A stretch of 64,000 nt of DNA from an uncultured delta proteobacterium (GTDB taxonomy: Bacteria; Desulfobacterota; Binatia; UBA9968), in the NCBI GenBank assembly GCA_963847445.1, contig CAWJZV010000048.1, forward strand, positions 96,001 through 160,000, written 5' to 3'. The stretch's first letter is position 1. Each line of letters starts with the position of its first letter. This document shows, piece by piece, positions 1 through 9,810 of the stretch. Below the pieces are notes generated by a model. That model made no database searches. It worked only from the letters and a program-made list of their open reading frames with translations, and was not told the origin of the DNA. The position numbers and the translations under genes were made by a program.

Positions 1-516
1 AAAAATTAGTCGAAGTCATCTGGGCCTTTCCGCCGCTGTTGCTCGGCATCACGATCATGGCCTTCCTCGGCCAGGGACTTGTTCAATTTAATCCTGGCGC
101 TGGTGGCGCAACGGTGGATTCCCTATTGCCGGGTGGTGCGCGGCCAGGCGTTGTCGCTGCGCTCCCGCGACTTTGTCACCGCGGCGCAATCCTTGGGCTC
201 GGGCCATTGTCAAATCATTCTGCGCCACATCATTCCCAACTTGATTCAAACTTCTCTCGTCATCGGCACCTTCGCCATGGCGTCGTCGATCATCGCCGAA
301 GCGAGCCTGAGCTTTCTCGGCGTCGGCGTGCCGCCGCATATCCCGACCTGGGGCACCATGCTCGCCGACGCGCGCATTTATATCAGCACTGCATGGTGGC
401 TGCCGCTGTTTCCCGGCCTGTGCATCTTCATCACGGTGCTGGGCATCAATCTTCTCGGTGACGCCCTGCGCGACATCCTCGATCCGCGACTGAAACGAAC
501 CGGGTCGGGGCTGTGA
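1..516 (+). CDS. Peptide/nickel ABC transporter permease (DppC/OppC-like), 5'-partial, frameshift near 80
   Basis: RVVRGQALSLRSRDFVTAAQSLG (EAA loop), IILRHIIPN, EASLSFLGVG, WGTMLADAR, GDALRDILDPRLK are typical DppC motifs. Confidence 0.9.
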
Positions 517-521
517 AGACC

Positions 522-621
522 TTGGAGTGATGGCGTAACGGAAGATTGGAGTATTGGAGTACTGGAGTGTTGGGAACTTCTGATCCCATCACTCCATCAC
601 TCCATTGCTCCATCACTCCAA
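522..621. repeat. Octamer (TGGAGTAN) tandem array followed by its reverse complement, forming a periodic hairpin
   Basis: tggagtattggagtactggagtgttgg then ccatcactccatcactccattgctccatcactcca; same family recurs five more times in the window. Confidence 0.85.
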
Positions 622-679
622 TCCCATCTGTCCTCCCGCTCGCATTGATTCCCCCACGCTCTCGTGTAAATTGATCGGA

Positions 680-2086
680 ATGCGCCGCACTAAAATCGTT
701 TGCACCATTGGCCCTGCCAGCTCGTCGGAGAAAATGATCGAAGGTTTGATCCGCGCCGGCATGAATGTCGCGCGGCTAAACTTCAGCCATGGCGACTATG
801 CCTCGCACCGCCGGGTGATTCGGACGATTCGTAAGCTCGAACGTAAACTCGACGACGCCGGTGGCGATCCTGCAGGACCTGCCGGGACCGAAGATCCGCA
901 TCGGCGCCATGGCCGGCGACCGCGTGCGTTTGCAAACCCGCGGCCGTCTGGTCCTGACGACCCGCAAAGTGCTCGGCAGCGAGCTGGCGGTGCCGGTGAA
1001 TTTTCCCGGACTGACTCAAGCGGTGAAAAAAGGCGATCCGATCCTGCTCGGCGACGGCGAGATCGAGCTCGAAGCGCTGCAAGTCGGCAAACAGGAAGTC
1101 AACTGCCGTATCGTCGTCGGCGGCATCTTGGGCTCGCACAAAGGCATTCACTTTCCGCGCAGCTCGCTCAACATTCGCGCCCTCACCGCCGAAGACAAAA
1201 AAGACTTGGCGTTCGGCATCGAGAACAAGGTCGACTTGGTGGCGTTGTCCTTCGTGCGCAACAGCCAGGATATTCTCTACGCCCGCCGCGAGATGCACAA
1301 ACTCGGCGCCAATATCCCGCTCATCGCCAAGATCGAAAAACACGAAGCCTTGGACAATCTCGACAGCATTTTGCAAAACGTCGACGGCATCATGGTGGCG
1401 CGCGGCGACTTGGGACTGGAGATCGCCCAGGCAGCGCATACCGGCGGTGCAAAAACATATGATTCGCGAGGCCAATCACCTCGGCAAGCCGGTCATCACC
1501 GCGACCCAGATGCTGCGCTCGATGGTGTGGAATCCGCGGCCGACGCGCGCGGAAGTCGCCGACATCGCCAACGCGATTCTCGACGGCACCGACGCGCTCA
1601 TGCTGTCGGAAGAAACCGCCGCCGGCGATTATCCGTTGGAAGCGGTCAGAATCATGGCCCAGGTCGCCGAGGAAACCGAAACAATTCTCGAACCGCGCCA
1701 ACGTTTCGCCGGGCTTGCCCAAGACGGTGCCGGAAGCGATCAGCGTCAGCGCGATTTCCTTAGCGCGCGACCTGGAGGTCAAAGCGTTTCTGATTCCGAC
1801 GACCTCCGGCAGCACGGCGCGCTTGATCGCGCGCTACCGGCCGACGCAGCCGATCATCGCCGTCAGCCCCGATCCCCAAACCGTCAAAATGCTTTGTCTG
1901 GTCTGGGGGGTCTATCCACAGCCGACGCGGGGTTTTAAGAACACCGATGAAATGGTCCGCGTGCTGCAAGAAAAAGCGCTCGAATCCGGCATCGTCAAAC
2001 GCGGCGATCTCGTCGCCATCACCGCCGGCTTACCACTGCACCAGTCCGGCACCACCAACATGATCACCGCCAAAGTGATCGAGTAA
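680..2086 (+). CDS. pyk: Pyruvate kinase (split by frameshifts over ORFs 605..1462, 861..1763, 1447..1938, 1715..2086)
   Basis: [83 protein letters not shown]. Confidence 0.95.
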
Positions 2087-2174
2087 AGGCAATTTTTTTC
2101 TTTCCAAACTGCACAAAGGACGGGAACCATTGCCGCCATTTGTTTTTGCCATCCTAACTCGCAGTGTCCTGCCA

Positions 2175-2385
2175 CGCAGTTATTCACCCGGCAGGGGTGA
2201 GTCCGGAGCAGTGAAGCCACCTAGCCGTGAAGTCGCAAAGTCGTGTTTCATTCGCAGCTCCAAGATATCACTTCCCTGCCAAACAAACCGGACGCACCAT
2301 AGTCCAAGCAGCGCTCTGAGGTAGAGGCCCATTGGCTTCACTGCGGAGGGCTCGCCCCTTGCCGCGCCGTTAACTTTCAACTGCG
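2175..2385 (+). other. Long fold-back element, candidate structured RNA or MITE
   Basis: gcagtgaagcca 2208-2219 / tggcttcactgc 2333-2344 perfect; cggcaggggtgagtcc 2189-2204 / gggctcgccccttgccg 2348-2364 with G-U pairs on +; cgcagtt 2175-2181 / aactgcg 2379-2385. Confidence 0.45.
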
Positions 2386-2538
2386 GAATCTGGGATGAGC
2401 GTACAACTTGTGTTTGCGCCGCCCGGCAACGAGCCGGCATGATGAACCGGCCACCGATGGCAAAAGGCGCTGTCGCCTTCGCCTTGCAACCCTTGCTCAA
2501 ATCGCGCTAGATAAGATCAATTTGCTGGAGGTGACGCT

Positions 2539-3552
2539 ATGTCCGAAGTGCTGAAACAATTCGAAAAAGAGCTGGAAAGTAAGAACTTCAAAGGCTACTG
2601 GCAAAACATTCAGGGCGATGCCGCGCGCCAGCCGGTGGCGTCCTTCGACGCCTGCCACTGGAAGGGCAAGGATCTCTTCGCCGCCATGGAAAAAGCCGGC
2701 GACGTGGTCGGTCTCGACGTGTCGTTCCGGCGCGTCATCCAGCTGTGGAATCCCGCTCTCAAAAACGGCACCTCGCGCACCCTGGTGTTGAATCTGCAAT
2801 TGCTCAAGCCCGGCGAGAATGCCGGATCGCACCGCCATATCGCCGGCGCGATCCGATTTATTCTGAAAGGCCATGGCACCCGGCTGATCGTCGAAGGCGA
2901 ATCCTTTGAAATCGGCGAAGGCGATTTCGTCACCACGCCGAGCTGGACCTGGCACGATCATGAAAATCGCGGTGAGAACATGATGTGGCTCGACGGTCTC
3001 GACGCGCCGCTGGTGCGATTGCTCGAAACCGACTTTCACGAACCCGATCCGCGCAAGAAACAGACCGTCACCCGGCCCGACGGCTACACGCTCGCCACCA
3101 CCGGCCCGCTGCGCCCGGCGTGGGTCAAACCGAATACCATCCAACCGCCGGCCTTTTGCTACAAATGGGCCGACACCGAAAGCGCCTTGAATAAAGTCGG
3201 CGAGCAGCCCGGCGACCCGTTCAACGGCATCGTCCTCGACTATGCCAATCCGTTGAACGGCGGGCCGACCCTGCCGACCATGAACTGCCAGATCCACATG
3301 CTGCGCGCCGGCGAAAAAACCAAAAGCCACCGCCACACCAGCTCGGATATCTATCATGTCTGGCGCGGCAGCGGCGTCAGCTACGTCGGCGACAAGCGCT
3401 TCGAGTGGGAGCAAGGCGACTCCTTCGTCGTGCCGCTCTGGCAAAACCACCGCCATGAAAACACCTCGAAGGATCCGGCGATCTTCTTCGTCATGAACGA
3501 CAAACCACTGATGGACGCCATCGGCCACTACCGCGAAGAAGCGCAGGGATAA
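2539..3552 (+). CDS. Bicupin dioxygenase, gentisate 1,2-dioxygenase family
   Basis: RRVIQLWNP, LQLLKPGENAGSHRH, TPSWTWHDH, WLDGLDAPL, YANPLNGGPTLPTM, HRHTSS; RBS GGAGGT upstream. Confidence 0.85.
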   Translation: MSEVLKQFEKELESKNFKGYWQNIQGDAARQPVASFDACHWKGKDLFAAMEKAGDVVGLDVSFRRVIQLWNPALKNGTSRTLVLNLQLLKPGENAGSHRHIAGAIRFILKGHGTRLIVEGESFEIGEGDFVTTPSWTWHDHENRGENMMWLDGLDAPLVRLLETDFHEPDPRKKQTVTRPDGYTLATTGPLRPAWVKPNTIQPPAFCYKWADTESALNKVGEQPGDPFNGIVLDYANPLNGGPTLPTMNCQIHMLRAGEKTKSHRHTSSDIYHVWRGSGVSYVGDKRFEWEQGDSFVVPLWQNHRHENTSKDPAIFFVMNDKPLMDAIGHYREEAQG

Positions 3553-3634
3553 CAGCTGTAGACCGAATAGGTTGTCGGGGCGCAGCAAGCTGCGCCCATT
3601 TCTATCCGCGATCACGCACAAGGAGTCGCGATCT

Positions 3635-4384
3635 ATGTTCACGCTCGATCACAAACTCAGCCCTGACGAATTCATCAAAACCTTCTTCGAAGTCAACCGG
3701 CAGGACCACCAACGCCCGCCCCATCCTTGGGAAGAGCTATTTCGCAACGGCAAATGCACCAAGGAGCAACTCCAGGGTTGGGGCAAGGAACGCTACTATT
3801 TCACCAAGCAGGTGCCGGTGAAGGAATATTCGATCCTGTATAACTGCCCGCACACCGACGTGCGCCGCATGTGGCTGCCCAAGGCCATCGAAGAAGAAGG
3901 CGAAGATCTGATCGGCAAATCCGGCAAACCTCATCCGGAATATTGGCTCGATGTCTGCGTCGGCATGGGCATGGACCGCGAGTTCGTAAAGAACTCCGAG
4001 CCGCTCTACGGCGTCAAGTTCGCCGTCGACAGCTTCGCCAACGCCGCCTTTAAAACCTCCTGGCTCCTCGGCGTCGCCGTCTCCGAAGGCGACGACACCG
4101 CCAAGGCGATGTCGCGCGACTTAGATATTTTTCGTAAACACTACCAATGGGTGCCTGACGACACCCTGACGTTTTACAAACTGCACGCCGAAGTCGATCA
4201 GGAACATGGCTTGCTGCGCAAAGAAATTTTGAAAAAGTACGCCGACACCAAAGAGCTGCAAGAAGCCTGCATCAACGCCCAACTGATGAAAAACAGCATG
4301 CGCTGGGTGATGGCCGACTGCATCTACATGGAGTACGTCGTCCGCGCCGCGAAGTTGAATAACAGCGCCGCGGCAGCGGCGTAG
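3635..4384 (+). CDS. Heme-oxygenase-like/PqqC-TenA-CADD family iron-containing redox enzyme
   Basis: HPWEELF..GKCTKEQLQGW, EEEG..HPEYW, VSEG, FYKLHAEVDQEH: E/H/E/H/D/H ligand pattern of CADD-like di-iron proteins. Confidence 0.75.
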   Translation: MFTLDHKLSPDEFIKTFFEVNRQDHQRPPHPWEELFRNGKCTKEQLQGWGKERYYFTKQVPVKEYSILYNCPHTDVRRMWLPKAIEEEGEDLIGKSGKPHPEYWLDVCVGMGMDREFVKNSEPLYGVKFAVDSFANAAFKTSWLLGVAVSEGDDTAKAMSRDLDIFRKHYQWVPDDTLTFYKLHAEVDQEHGLLRKEILKKYADTKELQEACINAQLMKNSMRWVMADCIYMEYVVRAAKLNNSAAAAA

Positions 4385-4436
4385 TTTTCTACCACAGCTC
4401 CCGACAACGTAACTTGTCCATGTCGAATTCCAATCC

Positions 4437-4541
4437 TGTCATCCCGAGCGCAGCGATGGATCTCGTCTTCTTCGCCACTTACAAAGTCGAGATTCCTCGG
4501 CGGAGTTTATCCAGAGCCAAGCCGAAGCTCTCGGAATGACA
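4437..4541. repeat. REP-like palindromic element (TGTCATCCCGAG...CTCGGAATGACA) with a nested insert
   Basis: Terminal inverted repeats 4437-4448 / 4530-4541; internal gatctcg/cgagatt stem and extra cggagtttatccagagccaagccgaag segment. Confidence 0.6.
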
Positions 4542-5500
4542 ATGTCTTCTCATCCTCGCAATCTCTCGTCATCTCGCACCAGCTCTCGCCGGCGCCGCGC
4601 CCATTCGCATCGCCTACAGCTCCATCAGCGCCGCCATGCTGCCGCTGTTCGTCGCCAAAGACAAAAAGCTTTTCGACAAACAGGGCGTCGACGTTGAAAT
4701 AACCTACATCCGCGGCATCGCCATCGAAGCGTTGATTGCCAACGAAGTGCAATTCACCCGCGCCTCGCCGCCGACCGTCGTTGGCGCCACGCTGCGCGGC
4801 GCCGATCTCGCGGTCATCGCCAACACGATTAACGTGCCGGTGTTTTCCTTGATGACCCGTGCCGACCTGCGGCGTCCGGAAGATCTCCGAGGAAAGAAAA
4901 TCGGCGTGACCAGCCTGGGCGATTCGCCGGATCTCGTGCTCAGCATGATTTTAGACAAGTTCGGCTTGCAGCGCGGCCGGGATGTCACCGTTATGGCGAT
5001 TCGCGGCGGCATGCCCGACATGATCCTCGCCGTCAGCAAGGGTTTCGTCGACGGCGCCATGATCTCGGCGCCCAGCAACTTGCGCGGCATGAAATTGGGC
5101 CTGCGCGAGCTCATCGACTCCGCCGACCTAGGCGTCCCCTATCTCAATTCACCGCTCAGCACCCGGCGGGCCTTCATCAAGACTAACCGCGACATCGTGC
5201 TGCAAAGTGCTGCGCGCTTACTATCAAGGCGTGCAAGAAACCCACAACGACCGCGACGGCGCCATGAAGATCCTCGCCAAATACACCCGCGTCAGCGAGC
5301 CAGAAATCCTCGCCGAGTCCTACCGCATCTACGGCCAGAAGCACTTGCAGAAAACCATCAGCGTCGATTTGGAAGGGGTCCGGCAATTATTGAAAACGCT
5401 GGGTAAAGAAGCCGCCAGCGCCAACCCCAGCCAGTTTGTCGACGCGTCGCTGGTACAGGAGTTGGAGAAGGAAGGGTTGTTTCAGCAGAAGAGCCGGTGA
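4536..5500 (+). CDS. ABC substrate-binding protein, NMT1/THI5/SsuA-like (frameshifted; start approximate)
   Basis: IRIAYSSISAAMLPLFVAKDKKLF..QGVDVE, DLRGKKIGVTSLG; C-terminus in 5207..5500 ending FVDASLVQELEKEG. Confidence 0.8.
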
Positions 5501-5809
5501 CTCAAGCATTCATCCCGGATTCCACTGTCGAAGCTACGCTAACCGTTGAGCGCGGGGCGAGACTAGAGTAGCGAAGGTGCTGACGGTGCTTCAAGCTAAC
5601 GCAGGGGACGTACAATTGCTCGAGGTCTGTGCTTGAGTTTGCCAAGCCGGTGCACGGGATTCGCGGTTAACCAGCGCTTTGAAGAAAAAGCGATTAAATT
5701 TGCCGTGCCTGATAATTCCGCTTTCCTGCAGGCCCATTATCAGGTTGACAGCTGCCCCTACGGTTGATAGCTCTGCAATCGACTCAGCGATTCATTGCAC
5801 AATAAAACG

Positions 5810-6583
5810 ATGGAAAACGTCGACGCTAAATTCGTCCTTTTCACCCAGCCCGGTTGAAGCAGTTGCCTAAGAACGAAAGAGTTTCTTTCGAAAAAAGGCA
5901 TCGACTTCATCGCGCTCGATATCTTGAATGATCCCACGGCATTAGAGCGATTGGGCAAACTTGGCGTTCGCACCGTGCCGGTTTTGGCCAGCGGCGATCA
6001 ATTCATCTTTTGCCAGAACCTGGAAGACGTCGCCGAGTTCGTCGGCTTGCAAGGCAGCGGGCATACGCCCCTCGATCCAACTGCGTTGATGGCGAAATGG
6101 CTCACAGTGCTGCGCGCGGCGCAGCGCTACATTCGTCAGCTCCCGAGCGAACGGCTGGTCGAGCGCGCGATCGATAATCGCGACCGCTCGCTCCGACTCT
6201 TGAGCCACCACATCTTTCGCATCGGCGAGGCTTTTCTCGAAACCGCCATTGACGGCGTCGAATACCGCACCGACAATGCCAACATCCCGCCCGAGGATGG
6301 AAGCTGCACCGCCGCAGAGGAAATTGTCGCCTACGGTGACGGCATTGTCGAGCGACTTGAGAACTGGTGGAGCCAACTCACGGACAGATCCTGCCGGCAA
6401 CCGGTGAAAACCTTCTATGGCACGCCGCCGATGCACCAGCTTTTCGAACGCTCCACCTGGCACTCCGCGCAACACACGCGCCAGCTGATGGCCGTGCTCG
6501 AGCGCTTCGGTATCGAGCCGCAGGGGCGACTCACGGCTGAAGATCTCGCCGGCCTGCCTCTGCCGCAAGGCCTGTGGGAATGA
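5810..6583 (+). CDS. Predicted selenoprotein: glutaredoxin/NrdH-like UxxC domain fused to a DinB-superfamily domain
   Basis: ATG 5810 reads MENVDAKFVLFTQPG-TGA(5855-5857)-SSCLRTKEFLSKKGIDF..., in frame with ORF 5924..6583 (TVPV cis-Pro motif; DinB His motifs SHHIF and WHSAQH). Confidence 0.8.
5858..5900 (+). promoter_or_regulatory. Putative bacterial SECIS hairpin
   Basis: cgaaaga-GTT-tctttcg upper stem-loop, G-containing apical loop ~24 nt after UGA, lower gcct/aggc pairing. Confidence 0.55.
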
Positions 6584-6605
6584 GTAAGAAAATTCGGAGT
6601 ATCTC

Positions 6606-6675
6606 TCGCCAAGGCGCAAAGGCGCGAAGGTAAGAAAAAATATTTCCGAACTTAGCGTCTTTGCGCCTTTGCGGG
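6606..6675. repeat. CGCAAAGG-type periodic hairpin repeat
   Basis: cgccaaggcgcaaaggcgcgaag ... cttagcgtctttgcgcctttgcg; related unit at 12884-12942. Confidence 0.7.
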
Positions 6676-6702
6676 AGTAATTCCCCAAGGAACGGAAAAT
6701 CG

Positions 6703-8100
6703 ATGGGACTGACGCAAGAAGTTGCGCACTTTGTCGCGCGCACACGCTACCGGGATATTCCCAAAGAGGTCGTCCAACTGGCGCGCGGATTCATCCTGGA
6801 TGGACTCGGCGTCGCCTTGGCCGGTTCGACCGATGAGTGCTCGCGCATTGTTCAAACCCAGGTCCGGCAAATGAACGGCAAGGGCGAGTCGTCGATTGTC
6901 GGCACCGCGCTCACAGCGCCGGCAGCCAAAGCGGCGCTGGCCAACGGCGTGGCCGGCCATGCGATGGATTACGACGATACCCAGCTTTCAACTTCCAAGG
7001 AAGCCGTTTACGGTCTCCTGACGCATCCGACCACGCCTGTGCTCGCCGCCGTGTTGGCCATCGGTGAGAAAGAAAAAATCAGCGGCGAGCATTTTGTTTT
7101 GGCCTATCTGTTAGGCGTCGAAGTCGAGTGCCGCATCGCCGATGCGATCAACCCACGCCACTATCAGGATGGTTTTCACTCCACCGCAACCATGGGCGGC
7201 ATCGGCGCCGCCATGGCGGTGGGAAAAATCCTTCGACTCAACGAGCGAAAGTTGATTCAAACGTTGGGCATTGCCGCCAGCATGGCGTCTGGTCTGCGCG
7301 AAAACTTCGGCACCATGACCAAGCCGCTGCACGCCGGACGCGCCGCCGAGAACGGCGTGAGCGCCGCGTTGTTGGCGCGCGACGGCTTCACTGCGGCGGC
7401 GAATATTCTCGAAGCCCGCCGCGGCTTTTTCAACGCCATGGCCGGCGGCTGCGACGAGAGCAAGATTACCGGCCGCCTAGGTTCGCCTTTCTTCATGAAG
7501 GAGCCGGGAATTTCCATCAAGCCGTATCCATCCGGCTCACTCTCGCACCCGGCGCAAGATTTGATTCTCGACCTGGTCAAACAGCATGATCTTAGCGCGG
7601 GCGAAATCGATCACGTCGAAGTCGGCACCAATTCCAACGTGCCCAACGCCTTGATTTATCCGATGCCCAAGACCGCGCTGGAAGGGAAATTCAGCATTCC
7701 ATTCTGCATGGCAATCGCTATCCTCGAGCGCAAGGCCGGCATCGCGCAGTTCCAGGACCGCAAGGTGCGCGACAAGAAGGTCGTCGAGTTGATGAAGCGG
7801 GTGACGCTCTGTGTCGACGATGAACTTGAGAAGCTCGGCTACGATCAGGTGCGTTCGCGGATTCGCATCAGGCTGAACAATGGCCGGGTGATTGAAGGGC
7901 GCTATGACGTCGCCCGTGGACACCCGGAGAAACCGATGAGCTGGGCCGAGTTGGGCGACAAATTTCGCGACTGCGCCGGGCTCGTGCTGGCGGACAAGGA
8001 CGCCGAGACGGTGATCCAATTGGTCGCCCGCATCGAAAAACTGAAAAGCTTAAGCCCCCTGTTCCGCGCTCTGACCAGCGCCGCGCGCCAAGAGTGGTAA
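6703..8100 (+). CDS. MmgE/PrpD family protein
   Basis: AALANGVAGHAMDYDD, HPTTPV, GLRENFGTMTKPLHAGRAAENG, KPYPSG, EGKFSIPFCMA, RGHPEKPMS. Confidence 0.9.
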   Translation: MGLTQEVAHFVARTRYRDIPKEVVQLARGFILDGLGVALAGSTDECSRIVQTQVRQMNGKGESSIVGTALTAPAAKAALANGVAGHAMDYDDTQLSTSKEAVYGLLTHPTTPVLAAVLAIGEKEKISGEHFVLAYLLGVEVECRIADAINPRHYQDGFHSTATMGGIGAAMAVGKILRLNERKLIQTLGIAASMASGLRENFGTMTKPLHAGRAAENGVSAALLARDGFTAAANILEARRGFFNAMAGGCDESKITGRLGSPFFMKEPGISIKPYPSGSLSHPAQDLILDLVKQHDLSAGEIDHVEVGTNSNVPNALIYPMPKTALEGKFSIPFCMAIAILERKAGIAQFQDRKVRDKKVVELMKRVTLCVDDELEKLGYDQVRSRIRIRLNNGRVIEGRYDVARGHPEKPMSWAELGDKFRDCAGLVLADKDAETVIQLVARIEKLKSLSPLFRALTSAARQEW

Positions 8101-8138
8101 AAAAACTAAATCTTCTGGGATACCTGTGAAGGCGTATT

Positions 8139-8457
8139 CACCACGAAGTGCAAATGATCTTCCGCTCGTCTACAGAATATGAAAATGGCTGGGATTCCCG
8201 CCATAGTCGGCCTGCATGACGCGTCATTCCCGCGCACGCGGGAATACAGATGACGGACAGAGTCCGTCATACCGTTGAAAAACGGTATCCAGGTGGATGA
8301 CGGGTCTGAGATGCCGGCCTGCGCCGGCATGACGGAACCCCGGAGGCTCATTGTTGTGCATATCATCCGCTTACATGTACTTTCGAAGGAGAACACGAAG
8401 AGCACGAAGTCGGAGACATAACTTCCGAACCTTCGTGTTCTTCGTGCCTTCGTGGTG
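8139..8457 (+). mobile_element. Composite MITE-like element, copy A (CACGAAG shell with internal GTCAT-type REP palindromes)
   Basis: Shares ccacgaagtg..atgatctt.cgc.cg.c.ac..gaaaat start and gaacacgaagagcacgaag..cttcgtg..cttcgtggtg end with 23964-24250 and 49994-50258. Confidence 0.7.
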
Positions 8458-8632
8458 AGATTGAAATTTCTATCGGCGCGCCAGATCGACGACGTTATCG
8501 TTACGGTGAACCGAATCGAGTCAGACTGCCGGCGGTAATCGACATTGACTGAAAAACGAATTCCGCGATAATGTCTCGGCCCGGAAGTAACTTGGAAACG
8601 CGAGGATCTAATTGAAGGACTAGGAGGCCATC

Positions 8633-9659
8633 ATGAAAAAGATTGGTATTTACTTCGTCATTCTCACCGCGATTTTCGCCCTGGCGTCGCTGGTTGCGGC
8701 GCAAGATGCCGCGCTGATTCAGGCGGCGCGAAAGGAAGGCAAGGTCGTCTGGTACACTTCGCTGGCGATTCCGTCTTCCACGGCGATCGCGCACTATTTT
8801 CAAAACAAATACAAAGGCATCGAAGTCGAAGTGCACCGCAACGGATCGCAGCGGGTGCTGCAACGATTCATGCAGGAAGCGGCGGCGGGAATAAAGAATG
8901 CCGATATCATGCATACTTCGGATGCCGGCCACTTCGAGCTTCTCAAGGACAAAGGGATGCTGCTCAAATTCACGCCCCAGGGCGTCGCCGGTTTTCCGGA
9001 CGGCTTTAAGGACAAGGCCGGCTTTTACTACGGCATGCGGGCGACACTTTCGGTCATCGCTCACAATCCCGAAGATCAGTTGCGGAAAAGGACGCGCCGC
9101 AAACCTGGAAGGATCTTTTAAATCCCAGATGGAGCGGTAAGATGGTCACCGCCCATCCCGGCTACAGCGGCATCATCATGACCCATGTGCTGGCGCTGGT
9201 GAATCTCTACGGTTGGGACTACTTTCGCGATCTGGCGAAAAACAAATTGCATATCGTCCAGTCGGCCAACGATCCGGCCGGTGTCGTCGCATCGGGAGAG
9301 CGGCCGGTGGGCGTAAACGGCGCGGAATATTTCTATTACAAAACCCAAAAACAGGGTAATCCGATCAAGATCATCTATCCCAAAGAGGGCGTTCCGCTAG
9401 TGGTATCGCCGGTGGCCATCGCCAAAGACGCGCCCCATCCCAACGCGGCAAAACTCTTCACTGAGTTTATTTTCGCCAAAGAGTCGCAGCAGTTGTTGGC
9501 GGATAAAGAAGGACTTTATACCGGCCATCCTGACGTCACCTATCCGGCGGACAAGCCCAAGCTCAAGGACTTGAAACTGTCTGGCCGCCGAACGCCGACG
9601 AATTGGAAAAGCGCAATGCCGAGATAAAAAAACGCTTCGTTGAGTACTTTGGCGCGTAA
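8633..9659 (+). CDS. Fe3+/polyamine-class ABC transporter extracellular solute-binding protein (frameshifted)
   Basis: Signal peptide, AARKEGKVVWYTS, YPKEGVP, KDAPHPNAAKLFTEF; ORFs 8633..9121 and 9142..9627. Confidence 0.85.
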
Positions 9660-9673
9660 TGGCGAAATGGCTG

Positions 9674-9793
9674 TTGGAGTATTGGAGTGTTGGGGTTCAA
9701 ATGCGTAACTCCATCACTCCAATACTCCCGGCTTTACCGCGTCGGAGCAAGGCGATTGAGCGCAACGAACCCTATGAAATTTTTTCAGCAGCC
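9674..9793. repeat. Octamer hairpin repeat followed by an IS-end-like tail (TTTTTCAGCAGCC)
   Basis: ttggagtattggagtgttgg / actccatcactccaatactcc, then ggagcaaggcgattgagcg..aaattttttcagcagcc. Confidence 0.6.
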
Positions 9794-9810
9794 GGCGAGC
9801 AACTGAATTC

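Noticed and set aside
2189-2364. Retron msr-msd or a confident 6S RNA call
   Set aside because: No reverse transcriptase is nearby, and I cannot verify a 6S central bubble and terminal stem by eye; kept only as an unassigned fold-back.
4501-4636. Second possible Sec readthrough at TGA 4537-4539 upstream of the SBP
   Set aside because: The TGA lies in a REP end and in no redox motif; an indel in the signal-peptide region explains it.
8106-8405. ORFs over repeat elements (also 12750..13151, 23944..24265, 9659..10057, 58882..59343)
   Set aside because: They are translations of non-coding repeats (LEYWS/ITP and FVLFV patterns), without RBS or protein-family motifs.
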